A stretch of 64,000 nucleotides of DNA from assembly GCA_012295275.1 (NCBI GenBank), contig CM022668.1:10354001-10418000 (forward strand), given 5' to 3'. Position 1 is the stretch's first letter. Each line of letters begins with the position of its first letter. Positions 14,345 to 28,339 of this stretch are shown one piece after another. Below the pieces are notes generated by a model, which saw nothing but the letters and a program-made list of their open reading frames with translations, was not told the origin of the DNA and did no database searches. This DNA comes from Chrysomallon squamiferum (taxonomy: Eukaryota > Animalia > Mollusca). The translations under genes and the position numbers were made by a program.

Positions 14345-14936
14345 AAACCTCCTTTCTTTATACAGAGTTGTGTCAAGTAACAAGAAGTCATAAAACACAA
14401 GTTCTTCAAGGGTTGTAATAAATAAACTTAATAGGGGTGTGTCCTGTATATGTATTCGATAGCTCCTTTCAAATGCGTCAAGTTGTAATTTCAATTTACA
14501 CCCCTTCCTGATTTGTCCCTGCAAGTACTTGAAAGTCTTCCTACATCTCTTATTAATCATACACGTTAATGATTTATAATGCTTTGTTAAACAACCCTAA
14601 AACTGAATATGGATCAAAAATTGGTTTATGAGCGGTTGTCGAGTGACATTGTTGTATATTTACACAGTGATAAAGAAGAGGAACACTATATTCAAGAGAT
14701 CTTCTAGTAACGTTTTAAAAAAAATACAAATAAATAAATGAAAGTAAAAAAAGTGAAACAAATTAAAAAAAAATAAATAAATAAACAAAATAAAATAAAA
14801 TAGGTAATACTTTCATTTTTTTTAAACTTTATTTTAACTTTTCAATATGAGTGAGGTACATATTTTGTTTTCCATAGATTATATGAAAGTATATCACATA
14901 CATATATAATCGAAACAGAATGCAAATAAACATATA

Positions 14937-15040
<104 letters not shown>

Positions 15041-15533
15041 GTGGTAAAAAATGACAAAATATTAAATAGAATAATAAAAGGTAAAAGCTGGAGAGAAAGA
15101 TAACATTTTATCTTTATATATCCACAGTCAAACATTTACAACAACAGACTGAATAGCGTAATAATAATGTAATATTTAAATATGCAAATAACTCGAGAAT
15201 AACGTAACATTTAAATACACAAATAACTTTAGAATTAGATGATATTTCAATACACAGATAACTTGAATATCGTATTATTTATATACACAAATAACTTGAC
15301 GTTAATATAATGTTTTAATGCATAAATAATATAATAATAACGTGATTAAATGCACAAATAACATGAAAATAATACGGTACTTAAGTACCAAATAGTGTAC
15401 ATTTTTACTTATATAAATGTAAGAAAATGAATACTTAATCTGATTACACAAGTTCAACTACATACACAGTTTTCGTCGCCAATTCCATTTCACAGTCAAT
15501 CACTTCACAATAAACTCGCATTAGTACTGAAAA

Positions 15534-18500
15534 TCATATTCCTGTTATCTTTTCATACGTATTTCGTGAAAGTTCATTCAGCTTGAGTTTTTCGTACTCG
15601 TTCATTTCAATATTTTGACTGCTATTAACGTAGACATTTCTAGGCGTGTTTCTCTCCAACTGATCACGTGATACCTGTGAATTAACATAAGCAGAAACCG
15701 TGACAACATCAGAGGAAGGAAAATTGGTGTAACCACCAGGTTCAGACTGAGTTTCTTCGTTTCTTTGTTCAATGTTCTCATAATGTTCATCTTCGTGTTC
15801 TGAGATTTGACGAGTTCTCACTCGGTTTACTTTAGACTCTCTCGTTTCTTTTTTTGTCTTCCGTCTCAATTTTTTTATCAAGCTTTAAAAAATAACAAAT
15901 AAATAACAAAGAAAAAAGAAAAAAGTAGAAGAAAAAATATATATACATTTGTTCATTGAATCTCTATTTTTTCGTTTTAATCCACCTAAGTTATATGTAA
16001 ATGACGTAACAAGGCTTATATAGATGTGTGTGTGTGTGTCTATATTTTTTTATATTTGTATGCTTCTTTTAATGCATCTATAAACGTGTGGATGTCTGCA
16101 TCTATATATGTCAGTGTGTGTGTGTGTGTGCGTGTCTGTGTGTGTGTTTGGCGTGCGTGTGTGTTCGTTGAATCATTACTCTCCTTATTTCCCCCTTTTA
16201 TTATTGTGTACATTCTATCTTCGTATGTATGTGTGTTAGTATGTGTATGTCAGTATATGGTTGTATGTGTGTATATGTGTGTGTGTGTGCATATTTAAAT
16301 ATATACACGTATAGGCATGTAAGTATGAACGTAAGGATGCACGTACATGTGTGTGCGTTTGTGTGTATGTGTGTATGTGTGTATAATACAGACATAATAT
16401 TTCGTACCAGACAGTCACGGAGATGAAGATGAGAACTGATAAAATGTATACAACAGAAAACACGATGATAATCACATCTTTTCTCACTTCTGATGAACTG
16501 ATTGCTATGTGAAAGTAAAAAACAAATAAAATAGAATTAAAAAAAAAAAAAGAACTAATATGAATTAAAAATGGTTATGGAAAGAAGGAAGAAAAGAGTA
16601 TGCCAAAATATTTTTCTTTTGTGTATTATTATGAGACATATGAGTACATGTGTTATTATATATGTGCATCGGTTCCCTCACACGAACCCAGATTGTACTA
16701 AGCAACACATCTACGTCATTTATTTATTTACTTCCGATTTGGTGATGATGAAGTCGTATCATTAATGAACTATTGTGAATACAGAAGTTGTGAGTTAATA
16801 ACACAGTGATAGCTGTCGTTCTTAAAATATAATCGTAGTTTCAAAATATATTGACAAACTAACTTAATTGACAAAAATAGATCCGGAACCTAATTTTCTT
16901 CAAACGTGTTGTAATTTCACCACACTGTTTGTTAACTTTAAAAAAAATATGCTCCTTGATTCCCAAGACATCAGCAATGTGAAATAAATGCTAATACAGC
17001 AAACAAATAAGCCAACAGATAAATAACTAAAGAAATACATTTTGCAATATTTTTCTGGACAAATAACTTGAGTATTACGTCCCAGCTAAATCTAGGTCCA
17101 GTCTAAATTCGGCTACAGATATTGTATGTATTCTATTAACATATCTGAAGTACAGTACAAACAGATCATCTATTACATTAACATATTTAAATCCGACTAC
17201 AAATATTGTGCACATTATATTAGCATAAATAAACTTCGAAACAAACATTTATTCCAGTACATTAATACATTTAAATTTGGCTACAAATACTCTTTATGTT
17301 ATATAAACATATCTGTGTATGTATATAGGTAATGTATGTATTTATATATGCTGTACTTCATTCATTACTGATCAAATCAAACTTGACCATTTATATTAAA
17401 ATCCGAAGTGTAAACGCTTCCAAACTCGTAACACTTAAAACAATTTGTTAAAACTGAAATTTTTAGACTCATGAGAATGTTAACATTGTCATTACTGGTA
17501 TATGATTTGGTGCAAGAAAACAAATATGGGTAACGTGCACCGTAGTTTCCACTCCACCCTTCCTGACATTGTCCACTCCACCCTTACTGATATTGTCCAC
17601 AACATGAGCCTATCCAACCCATGAATATACCAACTTTGTTTGCTAATTATTGACTAACTTTCCTTATATACATACTTATTTACTTACACGAATGTTACTT
17701 TTCAGATAACACATATATATACATCCATTTCTTTATCTACCTACCTACCCATCTGCCTGTCTGTCTGTCTCTATATCGAGACGAGAATATTTGTGTCTAT
17801 GCATTTTATAGAATTTGTCTGTTTTTATAAATCCTATATGGATAATTTAAACGGAATATGATAACACTTGCTGAATATAGTTACTGATTGTATGAAGACA
17901 CTGACTTTTTATGACACAGATTCTATGAGAAAACTTACGATTTGTATAATGATAATTAATGATTGTATTATGACACTTACTGACTGTACAGTCTGCTTGT
18001 TCCCACCCTGCAAGGCAGCCATCTTTACATGTTCCATTCTGTGTGTCACAGTCCTGTCTACCTTTACAATGTCTGTCATCACAAGACATGTTACAGTTGT
18101 ATCCATACGTGCCACTGCAAGCTGAAAAGGGAAAAAGAAACGAAAAGTAGAACAGAAGAATGTAACACATGTTTCTGAAAATATACAGCTGATAACGTCG
18201 ATATATCTACAAGTAAGAAATGGATTGAAAATACAATGTCGAAACTGCAATTTTTTATATTCATGGATGTCTCAATCTTCTTGATTTTAAATGCGTGAAT
18301 ACTTATGTTTAATTTGTGACGAAAAGCAGACACTCAATATTTATTAATATCAAAAATGAAAACTTATCTCATACATAGATATATAATTCGTACATACATA
18401 ATGCATACATATGTACATACATATATAAAGACATTTATACATACTGCATACATACAAACAAACATACATGCAAATTACGTATTTTAAATAATTAACTGTT

Positions 18501-21500
18501 CGTTTCTATAATACAAATGAGTCAGATGCATTTAACATTTTTGAAAAAAAAAATTCATTTCTTTTTGATTCACTAGTAAACACGTACTGGTTGTACAGTC
18601 CTTACGCTCGTATCCTATTTGACAACCATCAACACAAGTTCCATTCACATGATCACAAGTTGAATTTCCGAAACATTTACGATCTGTACACAACTTTGCA
18701 CAGTTTTGTCCGTATCGATCACGGGAACATTCTGAAATAAAGAAATGTAAATTACAAAGGCTGAATATAAAGAAAGACCATTTCATAAAACACAGAATAA
18801 CAAAATACAAATACACACACACAGACACAAATATATGTACATAGTTACATACACGTCACGCTTACTGAATGTATGATGACAACTAGAGATGATAATGACA
18901 TGTCTGGATGATGAGATTTACTGATTGTAAAAAGACACTGATTCTATGATGACACTTACCGTCATGTCTTGAACTGACTGTGTAAAGATACTCAGTGAAC
19001 AACGACAAATACTGGTTGCTTGATAACACTTAGTTATTACGTTATTTTTAATATAAATTCTTACGAAAATTTATTCACCTGTCTAGTGGTTTCTTTCGTT
19101 TTCTAACACTTTACATTTAAGCATAGTAGGTATAATAATGATATCAGTGTACACTAGATATTACCATTAATTAAACTGATATGCTACACGGCTTTCAAAT
19201 AAATCTTCAATTCTTTCTTGAGTTCATATTTTTGGTAATCCGAATGTCAAGAAAGACGAAAAAATAATTGTTAGTTATATACTTATTACGAGTTGAACAT
19301 GTTTGAAAAAATTTATGATCTTGGTTTCTCCTACAGATAAACTAGAAGCGAATTATCTTTAAGAAGATACACATCTAATCGTTGTTCTTTGATCTTTATA
19401 TCTTGAATAAAATCAGATTTCTCATATGCGATGAACAATATAATCACAATGTAATTACTTTTAACACTTTATGACTAGTAAATACGTACTGGTTGTACAA
19501 TCTGTAGACTCGTATCCTCTTTGACAACCATCAACACAAGTTCCATTCACATGATCACAAGTTAGATCTCCAAAACATTTACGTTGTTTACACAACATTG
19601 AACAGTTCTGTCCGTATCTATCTCTGGAACATTCTGAAATGCAAAGATACGGCAACCATTCGCATTATGTGTTTTCAAACGTACTGAGTTTGTAATGAGA
19701 TTGGTTGCTTTGATAACTCTTACCGATTACGTTATTTTTAACATAAAGTCTTCAGAAAATAGAAACATTATTTATTAATCTTTCTAGTGGTTTCTCTCAT
19801 TTTACATTTAAATACAGCATCAATAATACTTATATCAGTATCCACTAGAGATTGCATTTATTTATACTGATTTGCTTCACGGCTATCAAATAAATCTTGT
19901 TTCAAGCAGCCATATTGCTTATTGATCAGCATAGTTTTACTTTAAATTCTTGCAGACTAAAGTAGAAAACATAGATGTATGTGTATTTCTATGTAATATA
20001 TATCTTACTTTGTTTGCAGTCAGCTGAAATGAAACCTGCAGTACAACCATTGTCACATTTTCCTGTTACGTTGTTACACGTTGATGAACCGTTACAGTGT
20101 CTGGTAGAACAATCTTCACCACACAACACACCATAGTGACTGGAATCACACACTGAAATACAAATTTAAAATTATTATTATAAAACATTTCTAAAGTAAG
20201 TGTCCATAACAATGATACTAAAGTAACCTACCCATTTTTCAACAGTCCTCACAAATTCTTAAATTTATTTTTAATATTGATATTTATCTATTACTAACTG
20301 CTTAATCTCTTAACAGCCAATTTCATGTGAAAAAACTGTTTATCATGATGAGTGTTTTCTGTATCTCTTTTTAATATTAATATTTATCAGTTGCTTAATG
20401 ACTTAAATAATTATAACGCTTAATACTTAAATTTCATATCATGATTATTATTTTCTGTATGATACCATTACACGAGGACCCAGTCCAGTTAGTCTCACAT
20501 CAGTCAGAACATTTTCCAGTAGTGTAATTACAGGGATGTGTTTTACAATGACAAAACTCAGTGCAGTGTTCACCATACGTTCCAGCATCACACACTGAAA
20601 AGTAAATGTAAATTGTAGAATCATAACGAATTCATATATATTGTTCTTTAATAAATTATAAACAAAATGATAAGAAAACACTTTCTCATGAATGTTCTTG
20701 TGTCACATATTTAAAAATAAATTAAACAAAACGACTGAAAAATAACAATAAATCCGATGATAGCAATGATATATATGTATGTGAGTGTACGTATTAATAT
20801 ATATTTTTCTTTAATAATTTACAAAAAGGTCAGAAAAAAAAGCACTTTCTAATAGATATTCTTGCGTCACATATTTAAAATGAAATAAAACAAAATTACT
20901 AAAAAATAATAATGATTATGACTGTAGTGAAAGTTTCGGTAATAGCGATGATATAAATATATGTAACTCTCTATGTCTGTGTCTGTGCGTTAACATATGT
21001 ATGCAAATGTACGTGCATGTTTGTGTATGCATATGAGTGTTTCTAAATTAGTCGACTAAATGTTTCTGTATCTAATGAATGTAGTTACAAACTATATACC
21101 AAATATTTGTACTTCACAAAAGTCCATACCGAAGTCGCCTTTGTTTCTGTAAAGTGTGATATATGTAGCATTCTGATTACAGGTCAGTTGTGTTATATCT
21201 GGACTGTTTTTATCTGTTTTATCACACAAGTGTCCTGTGTTAATCTGGTTTTCCTCCTCAGAGCTGTAGAGTTCAACACCATCTCTGCGAACAGGGGCTA
21301 CAAAGTAATAAAAATGTGTATGTCTCTGTGTATATCTGTACCTAATCACGCACAAATGTTGTAAACATAACATGCACATAGACACACACAGACACACACA
21401 CACACACACATGCACACGCTAATTAATCAATAAAAACAACTACAACAAAATAGGAAACGACAAGTTGGCACTATGCTAAATATCGATTAAAAGAAACCGT

Positions 21501-23504
21501 TACAAGAAATAAAGAATTAAGTGGTCGCTAAGGAATCTATAAACAAGATATTACATCAGCACTATCAAAACTTTAGTGTAACATTTTGTAATAAATAATA
21601 TAAGATGTGGATGTGTTTCTATACTTCCTTCCTTGAGAAATATAATTTAAATAATGTGTGTATACGTGTGTCTCTTTCTGTACTTTTTTGTTTGTTGTTG
21701 TTTTGTTTGCTTTTTTACAGCTTACTTATTAAAACATTTTCTAAACTAAAATTATAAATGAACACTAAACAAGGAACAAGTAATGATAAATAAAATAAAC
21801 TAAATAAGTAAAAACAAAAATAAGTAAATGACATAAAAATTAATAGTAATAAAAATATTATTATATATACAACCTTTACAACGATTTCTACTACCACCGC
21901 TACCAGTACTATTAGTATTACTACTATGACTATATTAAAATCAAGTCTAGTACAAAGTATAAAATGATTTATGTCAGTAAACAGAGTAAAGTTAAACTTA
22001 CAGTCAGTTCTGAAGTAAATGATTATTTCGTGTATGAAATAAAAATCTCCCAGGTCTACCTGCCACCAGGTGGGTTTTTTGTAAGTATCTGTTAGAATAC
22101 AGTGAAAATGAGTAGTCCGTGTGTCACCATCTACTGCCAGTGAAGAATTCTGATACTGGGGTGGGTAATAGGAACATTGTGTGGTCTTCTTAGCAAATAC
22201 AACGTTTTCTAGAATGAATAAATAAATATAACTACGTTATAACTATTCATAGATGTTACTATTACTAATATTACTTCTGCTACTATTACTAATATTACTT
22301 CTGCTACTATTACTAATATTACTTCTGCTACTACTACTAATACTACTATCGGTACTGATTTTACTACAATTACTCGATCTTATAAATATATATATATATA
22401 TTACACTTACAAAAAAACATGCTACACACATAACTAAACACAAACAACCACATATACACACATATGGAAATAAATTAAGTAACACACAGTTCATATTTTT
22501 GTATATATATATACTAATTCATACATATAGATATATATATACTATCAAAGACAGTACACGCATATAGACAAACATTCATGCAGATTATGATGTTTAAATA
22601 TATTTACCAATTGTGCATTTTGGACCTGACCATCCGCTTTTACAAGAATTAGGGCCGCCATTACACCCTATGACGTCATCACAATTATTAATATCACAGT
22701 GACAAGTGAAGTTACAGTTTAGTCCATAGATTTCTTGTGCACAGTCACCTAGCAACACAGTGAGAGATCAGTAATAACAACAGAAGTGTAATAAATGTCA
22801 CTGGAAGATGTCTAAAAATATACACTAAATTAGTCTTCATAATCTACAGTTAAAAACATGATGATAAACAAACAAATAAATAAATACATCGAAATGGAAA
22901 CAAAAGTAATGTTCTATGGAAGTACTACTTTAATAATTCCATCTTTAAGAATTGATTCAACTTATTCCGTATTTTAACTCAGGTTTCCACAAAACCATGG
23001 GTGCAGTGATATTCATTTTCAAAATTTAACATCACACGCCGCTGACCAGACTCTAACGTATGACACCCATTCACCCACACTTCCCAGTCACCCAGACAAC
23101 CTTAATATTATAATACAGTGTTACTGTCACAAACAAATTAGAGAGTAAATATACAACAACAGCAATGATGAGGATGATGATTATTGTAATAATAAGAAGA
23201 AGAAGAAGAAGAAGAATAATAAGAATAATAATAATAAATAGTAAATAAAGTGTAAAAAATTAATTATAGTTAGATTGTACTATACAACATCTAGTAACGA
23301 TTTCATTATATTTATCCACACATTTATATATATATATTTATATATATATATATATATATACATTCACACAAACAGACATATATCTGTATGTCTAAACGTG
23401 CGTGTGTCTTTATGCTGTGTATATATATAATTACCTGACACGTTTTCAGTTTTGAAATAAACGCACAACGCAGAAAGAACAAAGTAAATCCAACACTTCA
23501 ACAT
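15534..23504 (-). pseudogene. G2: full-length B-type F-type lectin/EGF/TM/ITAM-like receptor gene carrying one nonsense codon
   Basis: Exons 23504-23435, 22748-22608, 22208-22002, 21297-21100, 20594-20466, 20152-20009, 19633-19490, 18731-18588, 18121-17981, TM 16504-16408, tail 15882-15534; total 1764 nt, frame consistent. GGA>TGA at 20502-20500 (codon 237); G1 and G3 have Gly there. Confidence 0.82.
17533..17625 (-). pseudogene. Dead EGF exon remnant in the G2 intron
   Basis: Reads GSCCGQYQ*GWSGQCQEGWSG, homologous to the 3' half of G3 exon 31820-31677. It has an internal 24-nt duplication, a stop codon and no 5' half. Confidence 0.7.
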
Positions 23505-23815
23505 GTTTTCTGTCCTGAAACAACAAAATCTCTTAACTTTTATAAAACCTCCGTTCTTTATCTGTGTCTACAGAGTTATTTCAAGTAACAACAAATCATA
23601 AAACACAAGTTTTTCAACGGGTTCTTATAAATACACTTACTAGAGGTGTGTCCTGTATTCGATTGTTTCTTTCAAAAGTGTCAAGCTGAAATCATAAACA
23701 TAAATTAATGTTATCAAACAAGTTGACTAGGAAGATATCTTTTTTATTTTCATGCAGGAGCGTATCCTTGACATTAAACTGGGTACCTGTGTCTCTCTGT
23801 CTTACGATATCTATA

Positions 23816-23859
<44 letters not shown>

Positions 23860-24562
23860 CATATATCTATCTGTCTGTCTTTATATATCTATTTTAACAC
23901 ACGCGAACACAGATGTCAGCTGAAAGACAAACATTGAATTTTAAAGCTAATTTTGATTTAATGGGTTGTTTTTGGATATATATTTATTACTTTACTAAAA
24001 TAAACCAACATTTATTTACATATTTTAAAATTAATGTTTTCTTTACTGTACAGAAAGATCACTCGATTCCGATTTTTGTTTCCTATCTATTCCACGGAGG
24101 CCTCCTCAAAATTTCATTTCACAACCCTTTTCAGTCTTTCCTCATCTGACCCTGCAAGTACTTGAAAATCTTCCAACCTCTGTTATCGATCATATACGTT
24201 AATGATTTATAACGATACTTTTGTTAAACTACCCTAAAACTGACTGATCAGAAATTAGTTTTATGAGCGGTTGTCGAGTGACAGTGTTGTATATCTACAC
24301 ACAGAAAAAGAAGAGGGACACTATATTCAAGAGATTTTCTAGCAACGAAATATAAAAATAAAAACTACTAATAAATAAATAAATAAATAATGCAGTAAAA
24401 AATAAAACAAAAATAAAAAAGTGAAACAAAATAAATAAAATAAATAATTATTTTAACCTTTATTTTAACCTTTCAGTACGAATCAGGTAATATGAAAGTA
24501 TATCACATGCATACATAATCCAAACAGTAATGCAAATATACATACATATAGAGAGAGTGAGT

Positions 24563-24664
<102 letters not shown>

Positions 24665-24667
24665 GAG

Positions 24668-24727
<60 letters not shown>

Positions 24728-25231
24728 GTGGGAAAGAATTTGACAAACATTTAAATAGAGTAATAAAAAGTAAAAGCAGAAGAGAGTGATCGACAGTTAA
24801 ACATTTGTAACACTAGAAAGAAAAATGTTAATTGAAGAGCGAAATAATAAGGTAATACTTCAATATGTAAATAGTACAAGAAGTACGTAACATTTAAATA
24901 CTCAGATAACTTTAAAGTTACATGATATTTCAATATACCAACTAACTTGAATAACGCAATATTTATATACACAAATAACGCGAAATTAACATTCATTTTA
25001 AATGCATAAATAACATGATAAAAACGTTACATCTTAAATGCAGAAATTGCATGAATATAATATAATACTTAAATACCGAATGTTCTAAAATAGTGTACAT
25101 TTTTACTTATATAAATATACGAAAATTAATACTTAATCTGATTACACAATTTGAACTAGATACACAGTTTTCGTTGCCGATTTGTTTTCACAGTCAAACA
25201 ATTTAAAATGTATATAAACTCGCATTAACAC

Positions 25232-25347
25232 TGACAATTGTGTTGCTGCTATCTTTTCGTACGTGTTACGTGAATTCTCGTTCCACCTGAGATTTTCGTA
25301 CTCGTTCATTTCAATATTTTGACTACTATTAACGTAGTCATTTCTAG
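25232..25347 (-). pseudogene. Orphan 3' fragment of a cytoplasmic-tail exon (scar of a deleted paralog)
   Basis: RNDYVNSSQNIEMNEYENLRWNENSRNTYEKI fused directly to upstream-type sequence starting ~25350. Confidence 0.85.
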
Positions 25348-25502
25348 GAGTGCTCCTTTCAAATGTGTCAAGCTCTAATCTTAAGTGTTAAATTAATGTT
25401 ATCAAACTAGTTCAGCAGGAACATGTATGTATTTGTATGCAGGAGCGTATCCTTGACAATTAAACTGGGTACCTGTGTGTCACTCTGTCTGACTATATCA
25501 AT

Positions 25503-25551
<49 letters not shown>

Positions 25552-26228
25552 ATTCTGTCTATCTATCTGTCCATATGTTTGTCTGTCTGTACCAACAAAC
25601 CCGCACACAGATATCAATCAAAAGACAAACACTAAATTTTAATTTTGTTGTAATGGGTTATTTTTAACTATGCATTTATTACTTTACTGTAATATTTAAT
25701 CAAGCGTTTATTTCGATGTATACACGTTTTACTGTACAGAATACATCACGTGATTACCTTTTTTCTTTACTATCTTTTCCATGGAGGCCTCCTCAGAATT
25801 TCATTTCACATCCCTTCCTTGTCTTTCCTGATTTGCCCCTATAAACACTTGAAAATCTTTCTGCATTTGATATCGATCATATACGTTAATGATTTATAAC
25901 GCGATCTTTGTTAAACTACCCTAAAACTGACTGCGATCAGAAATTAGTTTTATGAGCGGTTTCGAGTGACATTGTTGTATAACTACACACAGATAAAGAA
26001 GAGGAACACTATATTCAAGAGATCTTCCAGTAAAGACATTAAAAATCAAGTACTAGAAATAAATAAAGATTATAATAGAAAAATAAAATAAAAATAAAAA
26101 CATGAAAAAAGTCAAATGCAAATAGAATACAATTAATGATACTTTCTTGTTTTTTAACTTTATTTTAAACTTTCAATGCGTATATAATATGCATACATAA
26201 TCCAAACACTAATGCACATATACATATA

Positions 26229-26392
<164 letters not shown>

Positions 26393-27092
26393 GAGAGAGA
26401 GATGGGTACAGGTTTCAAAAATATCATAAATAGAATAATAAAATGTAAAAGCTGAAGAGAAAAATCACATTTTAACGTTAGCTGCACGTTTATATATTGA
26501 CAGTTAAACATTTGTAGCAACAGTCTGAGCAGTGTTATAAGAATAACGTAATAATAACGTAATATTTAAATACACAACTAGCATGATCATAGCGTAATAT
26601 TTTGACTACAGAAATAAAATTCGAGGAAGGTAAAGTTTAACTATAGAAATAACATTAAAGTAATGAAACATTCAAATATAGAAATAACATGAGACTGACG
26701 TAATTAGATAAACAGTATTAAAGTAACGTAACATTTAAATATAAAAATAACTTTAACTACAAAAGAACGTAGTATTTAAATACACAAATAACATGAAATT
26801 AGGGCATTATTTATATACACAAATAACACGAAAATAATATAATACTTAAATGTACATACAAGATAATGATAATGTAACATCTTTCTTGCACAAATAACAC
26901 GAAAATAATGTAATACTTAAATACCAAATATCAAAATCCAGTATGTATTTTTAGTTATAGAAAGGTAAGAAAATGAATACTTAATCTAAGTGATTACACA
27001 TTTTTAGCTTGATATATAATTTTCGTGGCCAATTCGATTTCAGAGTAAAACATTATATTAGAATGTATATAAAGAAACATTAGCACTGAAAA

Positions 27093-28268
27093 TCATATTC
27101 CTGTTATCTTTTCATATGTATTGAGTGAATTCTCGTTCCATTTGAGTTTTTCATACTCGTTCATTTCAATATTTTGGCTACTATTAACGTAGTCATTTCT
27201 AATCGTGTTTCTCTGCAACTGATCACGTGATATCTGCGAATTAACATAACCAGAAACCGTGACAACATCAGAGGAATGAAAATTAGTGTAAGCAGCAGGT
27301 TCAGGCAGAGTTTCCTCGTTTCTTTGTTCAATGTTATCATAATGTTCATCTTCGTGTTCTGAGTTTTGATGAGTTCTCACTCGGTTTAGTTTAGACTCTC
27401 TGGTCTCATTTTTTGTCTTCGATTTTAATCTTCTTATCAAACTGAAAAAAAAAAGTATACCTTTACTTTCTCTTGTTTTTTACCACACCTAATGTACGGG
27501 TATATGCTATATCTAGGCATGTATGAATGTTTAAATGTTTATGTCTGCACGCATGTACGTATGTATGTGTACGTTTGGATATATATGTGTAAATATATGA
27601 TTGTATGAACATATTTATATGAAAATATATAATATATATCTACGTGCATAAATGTATATGTATTAATGCATGCATGTGTTATGTATTGTACATGTATGTA
27701 TGTATGTGTGCATATATCTACGTGCATAAATGTATATGTATTAATGCATGCATGTGTTATGTATTGTACATGTATGTATGTATGTGTGCATATATCTACG
27801 GATTCATGCATATATATATTTATATGTATGAACTGTATATATTTTGTTTCTCTTGTGTTTTTCGCCTTTATTTATGCTATTTAGATATGTCTGTGTGTAT
27901 GTATACGTCTGTATATGTATGTGAGTATGTGTGTATGGACGTGTGAGACAGAGAGAGAAAACAGTTCGTGCCAGACAATGAAGGCGAGTAGAATGACAAC
28001 TAGTAAACCCAGTACGACAGAAACGACGATGATAATCACATCTTTACTGACTGCTGATGAAGCGGCGGCTACTTGAAAAAAGAAAGAAATGAGAACAAAT
28101 AAGAATTAAGAATGCTTACAGCAGGCACCAAGAAAATAGTATAACCAATTTATTTTTGTTTTGTGTATTATTATAAAACATGTAAGTGCGTGTGTTCCTA
28201 TTTATTTATGTTATATTATTTTATGTAATATTATTTATTTATTTTTATGTTATATTATTTATTCATTT

Positions 28269-28339
<71 letters not shown>

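Noticed and set aside
20500-20502. TGA as selenocysteine or programmed read-through
   Set aside because: It aligns to Gly (GGA) in the paralogs, is not conserved, and no SECIS was recognised.
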